A DNA stretch of 36,250 nucleotides from assembly GCA_964594355.1 (NCBI GenBank), contig CAZQOH010000001.1, positions 1-36,250 on the forward strand, written 5' to 3'. Positions 32,144 to 36,250 of this stretch are shown piece by piece. The stretch comes from an uncultured Desulfobacterales bacterium. Lineage in GTDB: Bacteria; Desulfobacterota; Desulfobacteria; Desulfobacterales; JAUVVS01. Positions within the stretch are counted from its first letter, which is position 1. Every line of letters begins with the position of its first letter. The notes beneath the pieces were generated by a model. It saw only the letters and a list, made by a program, of their open reading frames with translations, made no database searches and was not told where the DNA came from. Position numbers and translations under genes: made by a program.

Positions 32144-33349
32144 ATGTCAAAGAGTCAAGTGAGCATCGTCAAGACCGGGATGCGGCCTGATTACGACGCC
32201 GTGCTGGCCGCCGTGCGCAAGAGCATCGATTTAATCGGCGGCCTGGATGACCTGGTCAATTCGGGTCAAATAGTTTTAATCAACCCTTCCTGGGTGGCCG
32301 CCCCAGCCGACAAGGAGACCGGGACCTGCACCTGGCCCGAGGTCAGCCGAGCCGTAGCCGACGTGGTCAAAGCGGCTGGCGCACGGCCGATCATCGCTGA
32401 ATCCTCAGCCGTGGGCGTGGACTGCGAAAAGGTCATTAAAGAATCGGGGCATGCTGAATTAAGGGACCTGGGCTACGAAGTGGTCAATCTCAAAGAGGAC
32501 AAAACGGTCAAACTGTCCGTTCCCGGCGGCGGTTTGATATTTGACCCCATGCCGGTCTGGGAAACCGTGGCACGGGCCGACGCCATTATCACCGTTCCGG
32601 TTTTAAAGACCCATGATCAGACCGAGATGACCTGTTCGATTAAAAAACTGAAAGGCCTGCTGCCCGACAAAACCAAGCGGGCATTTCACCAGCAGGGATT
32701 ATATGATGCGGTCATCGACTTAATGGCTGCGGTCAAACCGTCTCTAACCATCGTCGACGCCATCATCTGCCAGGAAGGCATGGCCCCCATCTACGGCGAT
32801 CCGGTCGAGATGGATTTGATTTTGGCCAGCCGGGACCTGGTTGCGGCCGATACCATTTGCGGGCTGATTATCGGCTACCAGCCGGAAGATTTGAAGCTGA
32901 CCGTCAATGCGGCCGAACGCGGTTTGGGGATTATGGACCCGGCAGCCATTGAGGTCGTGGGAGAATCGGTCGAATCGGTCCAACGTCGTTTCGTCAGGGC
33001 TTCCGAGGCGGCACCCAAGGTTACGGTTAACGGTTTCAAGCTGATTGTCGGGGAAGAAACCTGTACCGGCTGCCGCAATACTGTTTATTCCGTTCTTAAC
33101 CAACTCGATGGCGAGGGTAATCTGGATTATCTGGAGAAAATATCCATATTGACCGGCGGGGCCGAGTTTCCCGAGGAAGGCGCGGCCAAAGGTGTTGTCA
33201 CGGTGGGCGATAAATGCACGCCCAAAGATCGGCGCGGCGACCGTCACGCCAAGGGCTGCCCGCCCAACAATATCGATGTCGTTCAGGCAATATTAGGCGA
33301 TCGGGGCAAGGCCAAACGGACGTATGCCGACGATCCCGATTCCGACTAA
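32144..33349 (+). CDS. DUF362-domain protein with Cys-rich C-terminal extension
   Basis: The ATG at 32144 is preceded by GGAGGAG. It has DUF362-like blocks (VLINPSW, PIIAESSAVG, VPVLKTHDQTEMTCSIKKLKG, IVDAIICQEGMAPIYGDP). The C-terminal Cys residues are CTGC...C...C. Function is unknown. Confidence 0.72.
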   Translation: MSKSQVSIVKTGMRPDYDAVLAAVRKSIDLIGGLDDLVNSGQIVLINPSWVAAPADKETGTCTWPEVSRAVADVVKAAGARPIIAESSAVGVDCEKVIKESGHAELRDLGYEVVNLKEDKTVKLSVPGGGLIFDPMPVWETVARADAIITVPVLKTHDQTEMTCSIKKLKGLLPDKTKRAFHQQGLYDAVIDLMAAVKPSLTIVDAIICQEGMAPIYGDPVEMDLILASRDLVAADTICGLIIGYQPEDLKLTVNAAERGLGIMDPAAIEVVGESVESVQRRFVRASEAAPKVTVNGFKLIVGEETCTGCRNTVYSVLNQLDGEGNLDYLEKISILTGGAEFPEEGAAKGVVTVGDKCTPKDRRGDRHAKGCPPNNIDVVQAILGDRGKAKRTYADDPDSD

Positions 33350-33471
33350 TACAGCGAAATCGATTGTGGACTTTATTATTTTGAATAAAGTGATTGAAAG
33401 ATGTTTTCTGCCTGAAGCTTCAATCGGCTTTAAGATAAATTCATTGATGCTTGATTAAGGAATATATAGAT

Positions 33472-33485
33472 CCTCAATCTTCAAT
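33472..33485. repeat. Two heptamers CCTCAAT CTTCAAT, the same unit as at 14775-14816
   Basis: It abuts the stop codon (33487-33489) of the opine-dehydrogenase-family gene. Only two units are present, so this is a weak call. Confidence 0.5.
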
Positions 33486-33486
33486 C

Positions 33487-34584
33487 TCAAGACCGTTTCC
33501 CCTTTTCGAGATAGGTCTTGATCTGTTCTATATTTAGCCCATTTAATCCCATCTTTTCTAGGTTTCGTCCCTCTTCCCGGCAATTCTTACCCATGATAGC
33601 ATTTCCGATCTCGATAAAGGCATCCATAATCGGCGTATCGACGCCGACTGCATCACCTAAAGCGGCCCATGCCACAAGACCGTATGGAATATCTTCAGTC
33701 ACATATCGATTCTCTAGAGAGTCCGGCCCCTTGACCGGTGTAAGCCCCGCGCTTCCATTCAATGATTCCCAAAGAGTCCCTCTGGGACCGTATCCTGATT
33801 CAACCATCATATCCACACCTGTTGGTAATTGAATCCCCAGCTTTTCACCTATTTCCAACCGCTCCTTATCTAAAGATTCCATAACCCTCACAACCGAAGG
33901 GCTCATTCCCTCCTCGTACATGTAAAATTCTCCATGGGATCTCTCGATACGTCCGGCATTAAGCAAAGAGCCGGCAGGATGAAGAAGAGGGGTCAGATGA
34001 CCCAAACCTGTTTCAACCACCGTCTTCTTAAGATCAAAGGAATATAACTCTTTTATCTTACTATATACGATGCTACCCATATTTCCGGGGATAGTGGCAA
34101 GACCGCAAACCGATCGAATATGAAACGTCTTAACGACAGCCGGGGCAATCAGGCGGGTTGCAAAAGGAAGTCCTCCTGTTTCACCGATAACGATATTCTT
34201 ATGGTTTCCATTGGATCGAAGTGTTTTTCGAAACTCAAGAGCCGCCAGTGTACCGGGCATTATCACAACGATCTGGTCTTCCGTGAGGTGAGGAGCCAGA
34301 AGCTTGGCATAGGTGGCGATCGTAAATCCCGGAAGAGGAATAAAGACAACTTCGACGTCCTCAACCGCTTCACTGATATCGGTTGTTACAATATTCAATC
34401 TGCCTATTCCAGCCCCTGCCACTCCCGACATTTCAATCTCACGGGTTTCAAATACTTTCCTCATGCGACCGGCAAATTGTTCCATTTCAAACATGTTCAC
34501 AGTCAAGCCTTTAAGGGCAAGATCCGCTGCGATTGTATGAGAGCCGTTTCCTCCGCCCATGACGGCAACCTTCATTGAACTCAT
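33487..34584 (-). CDS. NAD(P)-dependent opine (octopine/nopaline) dehydrogenase family protein
   Basis: It has the Rossmann motif MKVAVMGGGNGSHTIAADLA and the family block YVTEDIPYGLVAWAALGDAVGVDTP. The start is ambiguous (34596, 34584 or 34575); GGAGGTG sits 5 nt before the ATG at 34584. Confidence 0.75.
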   Translation of the reverse strand: MSSMKVAVMGGGNGSHTIAADLALKGLTVNMFEMEQFAGRMRKVFETREIEMSGVAGAGIGRLNIVTTDISEAVEDVEVVFIPLPGFTIATYAKLLAPHLTEDQIVVIMPGTLAALEFRKTLRSNGNHKNIVIGETGGLPFATRLIAPAVVKTFHIRSVCGLATIPGNMGSIVYSKIKELYSFDLKKTVVETGLGHLTPLLHPAGSLLNAGRIERSHGEFYMYEEGMSPSVVRVMESLDKERLEIGEKLGIQLPTGVDMMVESGYGPRGTLWESLNGSAGLTPVKGPDSLENRYVTEDIPYGLVAWAALGDAVGVDTPIMDAFIEIGNAIMGKNCREEGRNLEKMGLNGLNIEQIKTYLEKGKRS

Positions 34585-34681
34585 CAACACCTCCATAAGA
34601 TCTCAATTGAGTGATAACGCTCAATTAGAATTATTTGTCCATAAAGGACGGTTAAAGAACCATTAATCAATTTCTTTCGTA

Positions 34682-35092
34682 TCAATGGTCGCTCCCATCA
34701 TAAATCCACATTGGCTCTGTTTTGCCTGCACGTTTAAAGCCTAAACTTTTATAAAATTCAATTGCTTTACCGTCTGCCACAAGCATTTGTTGATGAAATG
34801 ATGCATATTTCTGCTTCAAACATTCCATCATAGCACGGCCGATTCCTTTACCCTGGTGTTCTGGATGAACCAGCATATGTGGATAGTAGACTACTAAATA
34901 ACCATCAGATAAAGCATTAGCAATTCCAACAAGTTTTCCTGAAATTCTAGCTGTAACTATTGAGTCAGAATTTTTAAGAGCGGGAATTAACAGTTCTGGT
35001 TTTTCAGCTGATGACCAGCCATTTGCTTTATAAAGCTCTATGACCTCATTTGTTTCAATATCATTATTTTCAAGGCTTATTTCTAAATTCAT
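34682..35092 (-). CDS. GNAT family N-acetyltransferase
   Basis: 136 aa. It has the acetyl-CoA binding motif HPEHQGKGIGRAMM and a typical GNAT length. Confidence 0.8.
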   Translation of the reverse strand: MNLEISLENNDIETNEVIELYKANGWSSAEKPELLIPALKNSDSIVTARISGKLVGIANALSDGYLVVYYPHMLVHPEHQGKGIGRAMMECLKQKYASFHQQMLVADGKAIEFYKSLGFKRAGKTEPMWIYDGSDH

Positions 35093-35161
35093 TTATGACC
35101 CCATTTTTATACATAAAGCTGAAATCAACTATACAGCTTTTTTGTGCCATGGATTAATTTG

Positions 35162-36064
35162 TTAAGCATCTCTCATCTTTGTAGCTCTTTCCATTGCAAT
35201 AAGAACATTTCGATGGAATATTTTATAAGGAATGCTTGTGTTAAGATGAGCAAGCCTTTTAATATATCTTTTTTCAGATACTTCAACTAAATGGGGTAGG
35301 TAAAAAAAATTTTCCCACTCTTTGATTTTTTTCTGAAACTTTTTTGTTATGTTCGTTGCTAAAGGATTATCAAGGTGTTTTCTATTCCATGGACAGGCTT
35401 CTTGACATATCTCACAATCACCTATCCTATTCTCCATAACTATTTGCATTTTTTTTGTTAAATTTTCAATCTGTAATAGATATGACATACAATTTTTTAA
35501 GTTCAATATATATGGTTGATCAAGCGCTTCTAAAGGACAGGCTTTTTGACATTCGTCACAGTTGCGGCATCGGTTTGATTCCTCTTTGGTGTTATGCTCA
35601 AGATCGGCGTTTGTTATAATTCCTCCAAGAGCTAAAAACGTTCCATACTTTTTTGATATGAGTAAGGAATGTTTGCCTTGCCATCCTAAACCTGCTCTTA
35701 TCGCAGCAAGTTTTAATGGGAGAATAGATCCTTCTTTCGCGGAACCATCACAAACAATTGCTTGATAGCCTTCATTTTTTAGAAGATTCACAATCGGTTC
35801 AAGTGGTTTTACGACATCAAGAAAGAACTCTGAAAGATAGAGTCTGCTAGTTCTGCCATACCAAGGATTTTTCCAGGCTGGAAGGGTTAATCCACCGATA
35901 TAGATACCTGCAATAATAATTGTGTTTGCGTCCTGTAAAGATAACTTTGGATCTGTTCTTCTAGAATGGGTCAATAGATAATCTGAGAAGGTGTATGTTT
36001 CAGCAAATCCTAACACATCTATCCCAGTGGAATGTGCAAGATCTCTAATTTTGTCTGACAGCAA
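35162..36064 (-). CDS. Epoxyqueuosine-reductase (QueG)-like / reductive-dehalogenase-related 4Fe-4S protein, short form
   Basis: 300 aa with a TTG start (no nearby ATG) and AAGGA upstream. Blocks LKLAAIRAGLGWQGKHSLLISKKYGTFLALGGIIT, CRNCDECQKACP, CMSYLLQIE and CEICQEACPWN follow the QueG pattern. Confidence 0.62.
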   Translation of the reverse strand: MLSDKIRDLAHSTGIDVLGFAETYTFSDYLLTHSRRTDPKLSLQDANTIIIAGIYIGGLTLPAWKNPWYGRTSRLYLSEFFLDVVKPLEPIVNLLKNEGYQAIVCDGSAKEGSILPLKLAAIRAGLGWQGKHSLLISKKYGTFLALGGIITNADLEHNTKEESNRCRNCDECQKACPLEALDQPYILNLKNCMSYLLQIENLTKKMQIVMENRIGDCEICQEACPWNRKHLDNPLATNITKKFQKKIKEWENFFYLPHLVEVSEKRYIKRLAHLNTSIPYKIFHRNVLIAMERATKMRDA

Positions 36065-36250
36065 TTTTTTTTCCTTTTTCGTAAAAATAATGTCCGTTCA
36101 GACATTCATTCAAAATATTTAGAATTAAATTATACATAATGATAAGCTCACCAGTGGCAGAAACCGCGAGGTTTTTGACATCTGGTGCAGTGCCAGGTGT
36201 ATGTCTTCAAAAGGTTTTGGACAAATCAGGCATTAAAATAAGAGAGGGTT

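Noticed and set aside
29195-33247. Long antisense ORFs inside the island genes (29195-29638, 31300-31923, 32744-33247), and 17619-18077 inside the SBP gene
   Set aside because: Each lies opposite a gene with clear family motifs. The products are Arg/Gly/Pro-rich, as expected from GC-rich antisense frames.
26627-33349. Calling the GC-rich island a mobile element
   Set aside because: I found no integrase, transposase, conjugation gene, tRNA target or flanking direct repeats. Only composition, strand inversion and an adjacent TA pair point to acquisition, so it is reported as a finding rather than annotated as a mobile_element.
36149-36187. Hairpin caccag...ctggtg with inner aaacc-gcga-ggttt and a TTGACA box at the window edge
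   Set aside because: The stems are short (5-6 bp), it matches no riboswitch or sRNA I recognise, and any downstream gene lies outside the window.
1-36250. CRISPR array or other defence locus
   Set aside because: The repeats present are 7-mers or long palindromes. There are no 25-40-bp direct repeats separated by unique spacers, and no cas, restriction, Abi, retron or similar genes apart from one VapBC-like pair.

Overview
This 36.25-kb chromosomal segment appears to come from an anaerobic, fairly AT-rich bacterium. The gene content suggests a Desulfobacterota-like or similar anaerobe, but that is inference only.

Every credible gene from 139 to 26501 is on the minus strand.
- Housekeeping block (139-8844): clpS-clpA, secA, an M23 peptidase, folD and argC.
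- Accessory catabolic supercluster (9022-25618, about 16.6 kb): a glycyl radical enzyme whose active-site residues match what I recall for trans-4-hydroxy-L-proline dehydratase (HypD), plus its radical-SAM activase. It also holds a Liv-type ABC importer with a Tat-signal binding protein, a Cys/Cys proline-racemase-family enzyme, three flavoprotein genes (one a four-module Fe-S fusion) and an uninterrupted non-pyrrolysine MttB-family methyltransferase.
- AbrB/PIN toxin-antitoxin pair (25799-26501).

A visibly more GC-rich plus-strand island follows at about 26.6-33.4 kb. It encodes ppnP, an IclR regulator, a four-subunit 2-oxoacid:ferredoxin oxidoreductase, a leucine-dehydrogenase-like enzyme and a DUF362 protein. 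The window ends with minus-strand genes for an opine-dehydrogenase-family protein, a GNAT acetyltransferase and a short QueG-like Fe-S protein.

I found no rRNA, tRNA, CRISPR, integrase or transposase.

Two things stand out.
1. The HypD / MttB / Fe-S flavoprotein / racemase / ABC combination is a candidate anaerobic pathway for hydroxyproline or N-methylated proline derivatives. I do not know of a described equivalent.
2. Almost every intergenic gap is filled with heptanucleotide tandem tracts and long imperfect palindromic elements, several of them inside operons.

All GC statements are by-eye impressions, not computed values.
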